A DNA stretch of 64,000 nt from an uncultured delta proteobacterium (GTDB taxonomy: Bacteria > Desulfobacterota > Binatia > Binatales > Binataceae), in assembly GCA_963765675.1 (NCBI GenBank), contig CAVXXK010000001.1, positions 2,376,613 to 2,440,612 of the forward strand. The letters run 5' to 3'. Below, one piece after another: positions 38,562 to 48,441 of this stretch. The position numbers and the translations under genes are program-made. Every line of letters starts with the position of its first letter. Positions within the stretch are counted from its first letter, which is position 1. The notes under the pieces are model-generated. The model was not told the origin of the DNA. It saw nothing but the letters and a program-made list of their open reading frames with translations, and did not search any database.

Positions 38562-39347
38562 ATGGATCTTCAGCTCAAGGGAAAATCGGCGCTGATATTT
38601 GGCGGCAGCAAGGGAATCGGACGCGGATGCGCCGACGCGCTGGCGGCAGAGGGAGTCGCAGTCGCGCTGGTTGCCAGAACCCAGGAACCGCTTGATCGCT
38701 CGGTTTCCGAAATCAATTCGCATGGAGGACGCGCGATCGGAATCGCGGCGGACCTGGCCGATTGGGCAAGCATCGAGCGCGCGGTGAAGACCGCACGCGA
38801 GAAGCTCGGCGCAATCGACATCTTGCTGAACAACTCCGGCGGTCCTCCGCCTTCCGGCGTGGTGGGCGTCGCGCCGGAAGTCTGGGAGAGCCAGTTCCAC
38901 GCGATGGTGCTGGCGATCTTCCGAATCACCGATCTGGTTGTCCCGGAAATGCGCGCGCGCAAATGGGGCCGGATTCTTAACATCGCATCGTACAGCGTCA
39001 TCGAGCCGATTGCCGCTATTGGCGTTTCCAATACACTGCGCAGCGCGATTGTCGGATGGGCCAAGACGCTTGCGGGAGAGACCGCGCGCGACGGGATCAC
39101 GGTGAACACGCTCCTGCCCGGCGTGATCGCCACCGACCGCGCGATTTCGCTCGGCCGTGCCGCGGCGGAGCGTCAGAAAATCCCGGTCGAGGAGGCCGCA
39201 CGCCGCACCGCGCAGATGATCCCGGTCGGCCGGATGGGAACGCCCCAGGAATTTGGCGCAGTGGCCGCCTTCCTCGCGAGTCCGCTGGCCGCCTACGTGA
39301 CAGGATCGCTAATCAGAATCGACGGCGGTCTCGTGCGATCGGTGTGA
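38562..39347 (+). CDS. SDR family oxidoreductase
   Basis: GGSKGIG, DILLNNSGGPP, SNTLRSA, GITVNTLLPG, IPVGRMGTP, IDGG. Confidence 0.93.
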   Translation: MDLQLKGKSALIFGGSKGIGRGCADALAAEGVAVALVARTQEPLDRSVSEINSHGGRAIGIAADLADWASIERAVKTAREKLGAIDILLNNSGGPPPSGVVGVAPEVWESQFHAMVLAIFRITDLVVPEMRARKWGRILNIASYSVIEPIAAIGVSNTLRSAIVGWAKTLAGETARDGITVNTLLPGVIATDRAISLGRAAAERQKIPVEEAARRTAQMIPVGRMGTPQEFGAVAAFLASPLAAYVTGSLIRIDGGLVRSV

Positions 39348-39378
39348 TTAAATCGAGCAGAAGGCAAATGAGGTATCG

Positions 39379-39780
39379 ATGATGAGCGCATCTGAGAACA
39401 AAGAAATAATCCGTAAGATGTTCGCCGAGCTGGCCAAAGGGAATGCGGCGGCATTCATGTCCGCAATGGCCGACGATATCAAGTTCACGATTATCGGCAC
39501 CACCAAATATTCCGGCATCTTCAAAGGCAAGCAGGAATTGGCCGGAAAGCTGCTCGGACCGCTCGGCGCGGAGCTCGAAGGCGGACTGGTTATAACGCCG
39601 GAGAACCTGATCGCCGACGGCGATTTCGTAGCGATGCAGGCGCGCGGAAAGTCGCTCGCGAAGAATGGAAAACGCTACGACAATACCTATTGCCAGATCT
39701 TCCGAATCTCAGACGGCAAGATTCGCGAAATCACGGAATATCTCGATACAGAGCTGGTGACCGAGGCGTTCGGCAAATAA
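39379..39780 (+). CDS. SnoaL/ketosteroid-isomerase-like protein
   Basis: LIADGDFV, GKRYDNTYC, DGKIREITEYLDT. Confidence 0.9.
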   Translation: MMSASENKEIIRKMFAELAKGNAAAFMSAMADDIKFTIIGTTKYSGIFKGKQELAGKLLGPLGAELEGGLVITPENLIADGDFVAMQARGKSLAKNGKRYDNTYCQIFRISDGKIREITEYLDTELVTEAFGK

Positions 39781-39832
39781 GACGCGCGTTATAGGATCGA
39801 AGCGCGCGCGATTCCGTGGGGGGGACGAACTC

Positions 39833-40582
39833 ATGGCCTATGATATCCATCCGCGGTCGTTCGGAGAGATTTTGGACCTTGGGTTCCGGGTCGTACGCGA
39901 CAACATAGTTCTTCTGGCCGGAATCGCCGCTGTTGTCTTCATCCCTTTGGCCGTTCTGCAGATGATCAGCAGCTCGGCCGCGTTCAGCCTGATCGGGCTC
40001 ATCTTCTTGTTGATTGTTGCGCCGTTCATGCAGGCTGCTCTCACGGTTGCTATTGCCAATGTGTATCTCGGAAGGCCGACTACGATCGATGGCGCATATA
40101 GATCGGTCAGGCCGATAATCGTTCCTTATCTCGGCACCTTCCTGCTGATCTATCTGCTGATCGTTGTGGGGTTCGTGTGTCTGCTCATCCCCGGATTCTA
40201 TGTCATGGTCTGCTGGTCACTGGCCGCACAGGTGATGATTATCGAGCGGCGCTTCGGGGTGGAAACCATGAAGAGAAGCCGCGCGCTGGTGCGCGGCGCA
40301 TGGTGGGCGACGCTGGGAATCGCGCTGGCGGCGGGCGTGATTTCCGAAGTGCCGACGCTGGCGCTGTCGGCGTTGTGGACATTTATTCCATTTTTCAGTC
40401 CGCTTCTGACCGGGGCCACTCGATCGGTTACCGCGACCTACGCTTCGGCCGTGATCGTGATCTACTATTTCGATCGGCGCTGCAGGATCGAAGACTTCGA
40501 TCTGCGACTTCTTGCCGAGCAGATTCGCTCCGAGGGCCAACCGGGTCCGGTGCCCTCGGCCGGAGTTTCGACCGTTGCCTGA
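39833..40582 (+). CDS. Membrane protein of the MoxR module (GPDPase membrane-domain-like)
   Basis: PRSFGEILDLGFR, multiple TMs, RSRALVRG, YFDRRCRIEDFDL. Confidence 0.82.
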   Translation: MAYDIHPRSFGEILDLGFRVVRDNIVLLAGIAAVVFIPLAVLQMISSSAAFSLIGLIFLLIVAPFMQAALTVAIANVYLGRPTTIDGAYRSVRPIIVPYLGTFLLIYLLIVVGFVCLLIPGFYVMVCWSLAAQVMIIERRFGVETMKRSRALVRGAWWATLGIALAAGVISEVPTLALSALWTFIPFFSPLLTGATRSVTATYASAVIVIYYFDRRCRIEDFDLRLLAEQIRSEGQPGPVPSAGVSTVA

Positions 40583-41174
40583 TCTCTCCGATCCAGCGGT
40601 TTTGAAACTGACCCACCAGATTCTGGCGCGTCCGGAATTCGTCGACGCGACCAGTCCGAAATGGATGACAGATTGGGAGCAAAGGATCGCGCAATGGATC
40701 GCGAGACTCGAGATTCTGCGCGACGGGAACCCGATTCTATATTGGACGATTTTCGGTTGCGTGTTTGCGATCGCGATCGTGCTATTCGCGCACATCATTT
40801 GGACGATCTGGATTGCGACGCACACGCTGGCGCCGCCTGAGAGCCGGATCACGCGAGCCGCTGCGCCCGATCTTGCCGCCGACGCTGCCCGCCTGGCCGC
40901 GGATGGATATTACCTCGAAGCGGCGCATCGCTTGATGCTCGCGAGTTTTCGCACGCTCGGAGAGCGCGAGGTGATCGAGCTCAGGCCCGATCGATCGAAC
41001 CGCTGGATTCGCGCCGCGCTGCACAAATCGGCGCTCGGCGCGGAGCTTGCCGCCGACCTCGATCGCCTGGTCGAACGCACCGAGCGGCGATGGTTCAGCG
41101 ATCGCGAAAACGATCCGGCGATTTATGCGCAGTGGCGCACGGCCTTCGAGCGGCTGTCGTCGGCGGCGAGGTGA
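40575..41174 (+). CDS. DUF4129-like membrane protein
   Basis: ILARPEF, TM helix, AADGYYLEAAHRL, DRSNRW, ERRWF; position within the module. Confidence 0.75.
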   Translation: MPDLSDPAVLKLTHQILARPEFVDATSPKWMTDWEQRIAQWIARLEILRDGNPILYWTIFGCVFAIAIVLFAHIIWTIWIATHTLAPPESRITRAAAPDLAADAARLAADGYYLEAAHRLMLASFRTLGEREVIELRPDRSNRWIRAALHKSALGAELAADLDRLVERTERRWFSDRENDPAIYAQWRTAFERLSSAAR

Positions 41175-42304
41175 CCGTGTCACGCGCCGGAATTGTCGCT
41201 TCAGTCATCCTGCTCGCGCTGCTGCTCGCTGTAGATTTGTGGCTTGCACCGAACCTCGCGTTGGATCGATCGCCGACCAGCTTTGGAGTTGCGAGCGCCG
41301 GATATAAGGCCGCCTTCGAACTTCTTTCGGAGCTGGGTTTTGCGCCGGACCGCTCGTATGAGCCTCCGGCCGCGAGTACCGATCGTGAGCTATCGAAGCG
41401 CGCCCGATGGTTCGTCTCGCCGGGGTTTCTGGCGCCGGACAAAACCGCGGCCGTCGCCGAGGCGAGCGATGTGTTGCGCTGGATCCGCGATGGAGGCACC
41501 GCGGTGGTTTTCGGGGCGCCGGACAGCGACTGGATTCGTCTTGGCTTGAACCGCGGGACCTCGGCGGGCGGCGCCGAGAGCGTCATTTCCGGCGCGATCG
41601 CCCGCGGCGCGCGCAAGCTGCCGATCGCGGATCTACTGCGCTTCAAACCTGCCGCGAAGTCCGGCGATGACCACGCGCGCGTGCTGCTGAGTGCCAACGG
41701 CGCGCCATTCGCACTCGAGCTGAAACTTGGTTCCGGCCGGCTGATCGCGATCGCCGACAATGTTTTCTTGCGCAACGCCGATCTTGGGATGGGCGATGCC
41801 GGCGCGATCGTAGTGGACCTTGCAGTTGCTTTCGGGCCGCCGAGTTTTGACGAATGGTCACACGGGTTCGCGCCGCCCGGATCTATAGTTACGATGCTGC
41901 TCGGCTCGCGCGCGCTGCTTCCCCTGTTCATCGCGCTCGTGGCCGCGATAGCATGGATACTCGAGCAGCACTCGTGGCCCCGGCGCGAGCTCGACGAAGG
42001 CGGCGCTCAGGCGGCGCCTTCGGTCGCGTCGTTTATCGATTCCCTTGGCGTGCTTTACTCACGGGCGGGCGATCCGGTAGCGGCTCTGCGCGCGTATCGA
42101 TCGGGATTTATCCGACGGATGCGCCGGCAGATTTTCCCCGGCGCGGAGCTTAGCGAGCAGGCGGTGCTCGAGCGTCTGGCGCGCGACCGCGCGTTGCCTG
42201 CCGAAACCCGGCGATGGTTAATCGACGGAGCCGCGCCCGCAAACCAGGCGGAATTGGTTTCCGCGGTCCGCGCAATCGAGTCCTATCGGAGAGCCGGCGC
42301 ATGA
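41171..42304 (+). CDS. DUF4350-like membrane protein
   Basis: N-terminal TM, SPTSFG...GYKAAFELL, GSGRLIAIAD..FLRN, FDEWSHG, TM, FIDSLGVLY. Confidence 0.78.
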   Translation: MTVSRAGIVASVILLALLLAVDLWLAPNLALDRSPTSFGVASAGYKAAFELLSELGFAPDRSYEPPAASTDRELSKRARWFVSPGFLAPDKTAAVAEASDVLRWIRDGGTAVVFGAPDSDWIRLGLNRGTSAGGAESVISGAIARGARKLPIADLLRFKPAAKSGDDHARVLLSANGAPFALELKLGSGRLIAIADNVFLRNADLGMGDAGAIVVDLAVAFGPPSFDEWSHGFAPPGSIVTMLLGSRALLPLFIALVAAIAWILEQHSWPRRELDEGGAQAAPSVASFIDSLGVLYSRAGDPVAALRAYRSGFIRRMRRQIFPGAELSEQAVLERLARDRALPAETRRWLIDGAAPANQAELVSAVRAIESYRRAGA

Positions 42305-43266
42305 GCGACGCGGAAAATTCAAACGACGCCGGATGGGTCGCGGCGAAATTCGCAGCGCTGCGCTCCGCGATCGCGACAGTCATAATCGGCCAGGATGAAG
42401 CCGTCCGGCTGTCATTCGTGACTCTTTTGTGCTCGGGCCACAGCCTCTACGAAGGGGTTCCTGGCGTCGCGAAGACTTTGCTGGTGCGCACGCTCGCGGC
42501 AAGTCTGGGAGTGCGTTTTGGCCGCATCCAATGCACCCCGGACCTGATGCCGAGCGACATTATCGGCACGCCGATTCTGCAAATCGATCGAGCCGATTTT
42601 CGTTTTCGTCCGGGACCGCTGTTCACCGACCTGTTGCTCGTCGATGAGATCAATCGCGCGCCCGCCAAGACCCAGGCCGCGATGCTCGAAGCGATGCAGG
42701 AGCGCGCGGCGACGGTCGATGGCGCCAGCCATCCGCTCGGCGAATGGTTCACCGTGCTTGCCACCCAGAATCCGATCGAGCAGGAGGGTACTTATCCGCT
42801 GCCCGAGGCGGAGCTCGATCGATTCCTGTTCAAGATCCGGATGGACTATCCGGACGCCGATGAAGAGTTTCGCATCCTGAGTACCCATCACGCGCAGCTG
42901 TCGCCGCTCGCGGGCGCTAGCGTGATACTCACGCCGCCAGACGTATCCCGCGCGCGTGCCATCGCCGATGCGGTTTTGGCGCGCGAGGAGATTTTGCGCT
43001 ACGCCGTGGCCCTCGTCCGTGCGACCCGTGAGCATCCTGCGATCGCCGTCGGCGCTTCGCCCCGCGCCGCGCTGTGGATGCTGCGCGCGGCCAAAGCGAT
43101 CGCGACTCTCGAAGGACGCGGATTCGTGCTGCCCGAAGACGTGCAGGCCGTCATCCATCCGACGCTGCGGCATCGTATCGTGCTCGAAGCGGGCGCCGAG
43201 GTCGAAGGCATGAATCCCGACGACGCCGTCGATGAAGTGGTGCGGAGCGTGCCGGTGCCGCACTGA
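42301..43266 (+). CDS. moxR: MoxR family AAA+ ATPase
   Basis: EGVPGVAKT, RIQCTPDLMPSDI, DEINRAPAKTQAAMLEAMQE, ATQNPIEQEGTYPLPEAELDRF, GASPRA. Confidence 0.96.
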   Translation: MSDAENSNDAGWVAAKFAALRSAIATVIIGQDEAVRLSFVTLLCSGHSLYEGVPGVAKTLLVRTLAASLGVRFGRIQCTPDLMPSDIIGTPILQIDRADFRFRPGPLFTDLLLVDEINRAPAKTQAAMLEAMQERAATVDGASHPLGEWFTVLATQNPIEQEGTYPLPEAELDRFLFKIRMDYPDADEEFRILSTHHAQLSPLAGASVILTPPDVSRARAIADAVLAREEILRYAVALVRATREHPAIAVGASPRAALWMLRAAKAIATLEGRGFVLPEDVQAVIHPTLRHRIVLEAGAEVEGMNPDDAVDEVVRSVPVPH

Positions 43267-44618
43267 TGGATGCGACGCCTGAGCTTCTAATCGAGGCCGC
43301 AATCGCGACTCGCGCCGCGCCGCGAGTAGTAAAGCTGGCCGCGCTCGCGGCGCTGATCGCTCTGGCTGCGGTGCCGTTTCCGATCCTGCTCGGTCCCGCA
43401 ATAGTAATCTTTGGCGCGCTCGCTGCGCTGACCATCGTCGACTGGATGACGAGTCGCCGCGATCCCGCGCCGAGCCTGGTGCGCGTTCTGCCAGAGCGGA
43501 TGGTCAAAGGTCGGGGCGTATCGATCCTGTACCGAATCTCGCGGGTCGGCGCGTCCGCGACGGTCTCGATCCTCGACGAATTGCCGGCCGATCTCGGCGG
43601 TGACCTGATGATCGAGCCACTGGCGGTCGCCGACGGTGAGAGTATCGAGGTTTCACGCGAAATCGTCCCGCGCCGGCGCGGTATCCGCGCGCTTGGTCCG
43701 GTCTATCTGCTGTGGAGCTCGAGGATGGGACTCCTGCGGTTTCGGCTCCGGATCGCGCAAGCCAGTACAGTCGCGATTTTGCCGCCCTCGACTGCGGTGC
43801 CGAATCGCGGAGCGCTAAGCCAGCGCTCGCTGCGCGACGAGTTGGGTCTGCGGCCCCGGCGCGCACGCGGAGAAGGCAGCGAATTCGAATCGATGCGCGA
43901 ATATACGGACGGCGACGATCCGCGTCACGTCGATTGGCACGCAACCGCGCGCCGTAGCCGGCTGATCGTCCGTCAATATCAGACCGAACGCCGCCATACC
44001 GTAATTATCGCAGTCGATACCGGGCGCCTGATGGCGGCGCGCGTGGACGACAGCTCGAAGCTCGACCACGCGCTCGACTGCGCGGTGGCGCTCGCGCGCG
44101 CCTCGAACGAGTTTGGAGATCGAGTCGGCCTGCTCGCGTTCGATCGCGAGCTGCGCCTGATGGTCCGGCCGAAGTCGGGACGCGGCGCGACGGCCGGAAT
44201 TGCCGCGGCGACCCTCAAGCTCGAGGCGGCGCCGTTTGAGCCGAACTATCGCGTGCTCGCGGAAAATCTGGCGCGCTTCCAGAAAAAGCGCGCGCTGGTG
44301 GTGGTGCTGACGGATTTCGTCGAAGGCAGCGCCTCGCGCGAGCTCGAAGCGTACCTTTCTGTCGTCGCGCGGCGCCACGTGGTGCTGCTGGTGGCGCTGC
44401 GCGATCGATTGCTCGCCGAAGTCGACCGCCGCGATCCCGAGATCACGCGTGCGCGGCTCTACCGCAAGCTGGCGCTGCAGGATCTGGTGGACGAACGAGA
44501 AGCCGTTATCGGCCGAATCGCGCGGTTCGGCGCTCAGACGCTCGACCTCGACCCGGCGCGCATTAATGCGCCGGTCTTGAATCGCTACCTGGCGGTGCGC
44601 CAGGCGGGCCTCCTCTGA
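43266..44618 (+). CDS. DUF58 (vWA-like) protein
   Basis: GSEFESMREYTDGDDPRHVDWHATAR, VDTGRLM, GDRVGLLAF, ALVVVLTD. Confidence 0.93.
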   Translation: MDATPELLIEAAIATRAAPRVVKLAALAALIALAAVPFPILLGPAIVIFGALAALTIVDWMTSRRDPAPSLVRVLPERMVKGRGVSILYRISRVGASATVSILDELPADLGGDLMIEPLAVADGESIEVSREIVPRRRGIRALGPVYLLWSSRMGLLRFRLRIAQASTVAILPPSTAVPNRGALSQRSLRDELGLRPRRARGEGSEFESMREYTDGDDPRHVDWHATARRSRLIVRQYQTERRHTVIIAVDTGRLMAARVDDSSKLDHALDCAVALARASNEFGDRVGLLAFDRELRLMVRPKSGRGATAGIAAATLKLEAAPFEPNYRVLAENLARFQKKRALVVVLTDFVEGSASRELEAYLSVVARRHVVLLVALRDRLLAEVDRRDPEITRARLYRKLALQDLVDEREAVIGRIARFGAQTLDLDPARINAPVLNRYLAVRQAGLL

Positions 44619-45618
44619 CCAGCCACTCGAGATCGATTCCGGGCCGCCTCCATTTTAGCCGCAACACGTAAGCGACGTACGCCACGATCGCACCGAGCGC
44701 CGCGGCCGCGCAGGCATAGCGCACGCCGGTCGAGAGATTCGACTGGCGCAGAAAGCTTTCGATTGCCGCCGCGAGTATCAGCAGCGGAATCGCCGCCGCG
44801 AGCATCTGCAGTGCAGGGCGCGCGGCCTCGCGCAGCGCCGCGCCGGTGCCGGCCCGTCCGGGAGCGACGACCGCTTTCGCGATCACCAAACCTCCGGAAG
44901 CGCACAGGATCGTCGCCAACAACTCGGGTATCGCATGCGGCAGGAGCCACGCCCAGAATAACAATCGGGTATCGCTGTGCGAGAAGATCGAGGCGAACGC
45001 GCCCAGCGTCAAGCCGTTGTAGAAGACTAGGAGAAGCGTCGGGACTCCCGCTAGAATGCCGGTCGCGAACGCCATTATCCCGACCTCGGTATTGTGGACA
45101 AACAACCCCGCCGAAAAAATCGATTTGAGTCCGAGCGTCAGGCTCTGATGACCAAGAAATTGCATCCGTACCGCGTGCGAGCTGGCAAGCTGCTGAAGCT
45201 CGTCGGCGGGATACATCCAGCCGGGGATGCATACGTAGAGTGCGGCGGGATTGCGCGCGACCATCGCCGCGCCGACGATTGCGCCGGCGACAAGAAGGGT
45301 GGCCGTCAGCATTTGCAGCCGCGCGGTCGCGGCCAGAGTCGCCGGAAAATCGGTGACAAAGAATCTTGCCGGCCCGCGCGGATGCGGCGGCGAAGTCTGC
45401 AAGTGCGTGAACGCGCGAACGCACAGCGCGTTCAGGTAGCGGACCGCCTCTGGATCGGCGTCGCGCGATCGCAGGATCGCGAGGCGCGCCGAGCTCAGCC
45501 GGTACAGATGTGCGAGCTCGCGAATTTCGTCGAAGGACGCGCGCTTGCCCGGACGCTCGATGCTGTCGAGGATCGCTTCCATCCGGTCCCGCGCTTGGCG
45601 GTCGCGCGCGGTGTTCAC
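44563..45618 (-). CDS. SpoIIM (DUF95) family membrane protein
   Basis: ELAHLYR, YLNAL, LFVHNTEVG, YNGLTLG, LPHAIPEL, AAAIESF; GGAGG RBS before the GTG. Confidence 0.9.
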   Translation of the reverse strand: MNTARDRQARDRMEAILDSIERPGKRASFDEIRELAHLYRLSSARLAILRSRDADPEAVRYLNALCVRAFTHLQTSPPHPRGPARFFVTDFPATLAATARLQMLTATLLVAGAIVGAAMVARNPAALYVCIPGWMYPADELQQLASSHAVRMQFLGHQSLTLGLKSIFSAGLFVHNTEVGIMAFATGILAGVPTLLLVFYNGLTLGAFASIFSHSDTRLLFWAWLLPHAIPELLATILCASGGLVIAKAVVAPGRAGTGAALREAARPALQMLAAAIPLLILAAAIESFLRQSNLSTGVRYACAAAALGAIVAYVAYVLRLKWRRPGIDLEWLVRGGPPGAPPGSDSRPAH

Positions 45619-45629
45619 GGACGCCTCCG

Positions 45630-46514
45630 ATGACTACCAGTCCCGAAGCGTCGGATACTCCCGTTCATGGACTGTTCTCGCCCGAGGGAGTGCGTCTGGA
45701 TTTGCCGATTGCGGGACCGGGACTCAGAATTCTCGCCTATGCAATCGATCTCGGTCTGATACTTTTTTTGCTCGCCGCGTTGCTGATTGCGTTGATCGTA
45801 ATTCTGCCCGCGGGAAACCTTATCGACCATTTTTTTCACACTTTCTTTCATCAGGTCACGCGTGCGGCGCGCGAGGCCGCGCGCAACGCCAACGCGGCGC
45901 GGCCGAGCCCCGCGTCCTTTGGACTGGTCGAAGGACTGATCATTGCGGTCTTTCTGCTCGCCCATTTCGCAGTCGAGTTCGGATATTTCATCGTTTGGGA
46001 GATGCTGGCAAACGGCCGCTCGCTCGGGAAATACATTATCGGCCTGCGCGTCGTCCGGCGCGACGGGATGCCGATCGATTTGCGCGCCTCGATCGTGCGC
46101 AACCTGATGCGGATCGTGGACATGCTGCCCGAGTATTACGTGGTCGGGCTGATTTCGATGGTGTTGTCGCCGAGCGGTGAGCGGCTGGGCGATCATGTCG
46201 CCGGGACTATCGTGATTCGCTTGGACCGTCCGCAGGAGGCGCCCGAAATCGCGCTGCGTGACGGTGTGCCCGGACCGGCACTGACCCGGCAGCAAATCGC
46301 GCGAATCGGGCCGCGCGAGCTCCAGCTCATCCGCGCGACCATCCGCCGCGCCCATTCTCTGCCCGAGGAGCGCAGCGCCGCGATTCTCGCCGAGGTTGCC
46401 GAGACGATGCGCGCGCGACTGGATCTCGCCGAGGTTCCATCGGACGATCGGATTGGATTCTTACGCGATCTGCTGGCCGCAGCGGAGCGCTACTCGCGCG
46501 GCGATTTATCCTGA
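45630..46514 (+). CDS. RDD family membrane protein
   Basis: SPEGVRL...AGPGLRILAYAID, GRSLGK, RNLMRIVD, RLGDHVAGTIV. Confidence 0.92.
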   Translation: MTTSPEASDTPVHGLFSPEGVRLDLPIAGPGLRILAYAIDLGLILFLLAALLIALIVILPAGNLIDHFFHTFFHQVTRAAREAARNANAARPSPASFGLVEGLIIAVFLLAHFAVEFGYFIVWEMLANGRSLGKYIIGLRVVRRDGMPIDLRASIVRNLMRIVDMLPEYYVVGLISMVLSPSGERLGDHVAGTIVIRLDRPQEAPEIALRDGVPGPALTRQQIARIGPRELQLIRATIRRAHSLPEERSAAILAEVAETMRARLDLAEVPSDDRIGFLRDLLAAAERYSRGDLS

Positions 46515-46521
46515 GCGTCGC

Positions 46522-47166
46522 CTATGGCGAGGCGCCTTTGCTCGCGTTGATCTTCGTGAGCAGCACGTGATTGCGCTGGACCTCGGCGTCGATCGCCGCG
46601 ACCTGCTGCGCGTCCATCGGATGCAGCGTGCCGTGGTAGTTCACTTGTGTGAACCCGTCGCCCTGCCAGTACGCATATCCTTTGACCTCGACGTCGAGCG
46701 ACTTTTCACTGGTTAGCTTGAGGGTGGCGACTTCAACCTCGCGGCACTGTGGCTTGCACGTGCTGCAGAGCGAATCGAGCTGAAAGCGGACCTGCGACGG
46801 ATCGAGCAGCTTGACGCTCGACTTGACCACCGGCCACGCGGCGTCGCCGTAAACCTCGGTGCGCAGATAAATCGTGCCGTTCATCACGCCGAAATAGTAG
46901 CTCGCCGGCATCACGGGTTCTCCGACCAGTTTGGTCTGCGATGGATCGACGCTTACATGTCCGCCCCAGGTCCCGACGAAGTTCTGGTTCGCTTCCGGCA
47001 GCAGGAAGGTAGGCGCGGACGAGTCTCCGGTATGCAGCACATGAGCCTTAATCGAAGGCATCGCCTCGGTCATCTGCGGCGCGGATGACGATGTTCCGCG
47101 TGTGCATGCAGCGGCGAATAGAAAGGTGACGGCGATCGCGGTGGCGAGCAGGTGTTTGGCGTTCAT
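46522..47166 (-). CDS. Hypothetical lipoprotein
   Basis: MNAKHLLATAIAVTFLFAAAC lipobox; beta-rich mature part with CSTCKPQC. Confidence 0.75.
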   Translation of the reverse strand: MNAKHLLATAIAVTFLFAAACTRGTSSSAPQMTEAMPSIKAHVLHTGDSSAPTFLLPEANQNFVGTWGGHVSVDPSQTKLVGEPVMPASYYFGVMNGTIYLRTEVYGDAAWPVVKSSVKLLDPSQVRFQLDSLCSTCKPQCREVEVATLKLTSEKSLDVEVKGYAYWQGDGFTQVNYHGTLHPMDAQQVAAIDAEVQRNHVLLTKINASKGASP

Positions 47167-47242
47167 CGCGAAGGTTCTCCGGCGCCGCGGGCTGACGACG
47201 GCCGCGGGGGCATATGCGACCCCGCGGCCGCAGCATCGGCAG

Positions 47243-47833
47243 CTATTGCCGGGCGCTCGGTCTGCGGCGGCGGGTGACACGCTCGGGCGGGGCAGCCGGT
47301 GCTCCGTCCTGATCGCCTGGCTCGAGGGTCCTCGGCTCGGACTGATACGCGTCGAACAGCGCGGGCACTGAAATCGAATTCGAACCGCGCGTCATTCGCG
47401 AGCGCGTCGAGCCCTCGAGTGCCTGCTGGCAATCGACGCACCGTGCAGCCATCGGCACCGCCCGCAAGCGCTCGAACGATATTTCATCTCCACATTCCGA
47501 GCAAATTCCGAATTCGCCTTGCTCGAGCCGCGCCAGAGCGCTCATTGCGTCGCGCAGGCGGGACTCGGCGAGATCGATCAGGCTGATATGCAGGTCGAGG
47601 TCTTCCTGGCTGCGCGCATTATCCAAATCGTCGGGCAACGCAAGCGTGTCGTGACGCGTCTCAGTGCGCGCCAACTCGTCGAGCCGCGCAAGCTCCTGAT
47701 CGCGCATTTGAATCAGCATCGCTTGCAGCGCGTCGCGCCGCGATATTCGCGAGACATTACGGCCCGCAGCCTCGTGGCGCGTTCCGGAGCTGAAAACCTC
47801 GGAAGAGGCTTTTGATTGTTTGTGCATCGTCAT
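47243..47833 (-). CDS. DksA/TraR family C4 zinc-finger protein
   Basis: DDLDNA (DxxDxA tip), ALARLEQGEFGICSECGDEISFERLRAVP..RCVDC; AAGGA RBS. Confidence 0.9.
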   Translation of the reverse strand: MTMHKQSKASSEVFSSGTRHEAAGRNVSRISRRDALQAMLIQMRDQELARLDELARTETRHDTLALPDDLDNARSQEDLDLHISLIDLAESRLRDAMSALARLEQGEFGICSECGDEISFERLRAVPMAARCVDCQQALEGSTRSRMTRGSNSISVPALFDAYQSEPRTLEPGDQDGAPAAPPERVTRRRRPSARQ

Positions 47834-47952
47834 AGTCCTTCGACTCGATCGGTTCGAGTCAGACATCCAACAGGCGGTGGAAGCAGTAACCGGCCGGCCG
47901 GGCGTCACAAGGACGCAGAGCAGACCCCGATGGAACGGAAATTAAGAGAGAA

Positions 47953-48312
47953 TTAGTGACCGGGATCTGAGGACGCGGGAGGCAACTTGCGTAAATACAG
48001 CCGCGATTGCTCCTGCCAAAGCGACGGGCTCAGTCCCGCACGCCCGCCGCCAAGAGCGGATCGAATCGGCGTCGAATTGAAGCTGATTTTCTGAAAGCCC
48101 GTCGCGCCCGGGGCAGCTCCCGGACCGCCGGTAGTTCCAACTTCCTTTACCGTATGCCTGTAGCTGCACCAGTGCGAAGTGACGGCCGCCGGATACCGCT
48201 TGAGCGCGATCGAACCCAATGGCTGCAGAAGCTGAACAAACGTCAGCACTGCGAAGCTCGAGGCGATAAGCAGCGCGGTATTCTGCCAGCGTTTGGTTCG
48301 GTAAAGGCTCAT
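47953..48312 (-). CDS. Small hypothetical protein with N-terminal TM/signal
   Basis: Hydrophobic N-terminus; ends RLYLRKLPPASSDPGH; co-oriented upstream of the DksA-like gene. Confidence 0.5.
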   Translation of the reverse strand: MSLYRTKRWQNTALLIASSFAVLTFVQLLQPLGSIALKRYPAAVTSHWCSYRHTVKEVGTTGGPGAAPGATGFQKISFNSTPIRSALGGGRAGLSPSLWQEQSRLYLRKLPPASSDPGH

Positions 48313-48441
48313 CCGATCCGATTAGACGCAGGAGGTGGTGAATTGTTTCAACCACGCCAGGCCGGATACGCCGGCGCGTCGCGACAGTTCGCGCCTCCTC
48401 TTGTTATCTAACGATAGAGGAGGAGACGAGGCCCGACCCGG

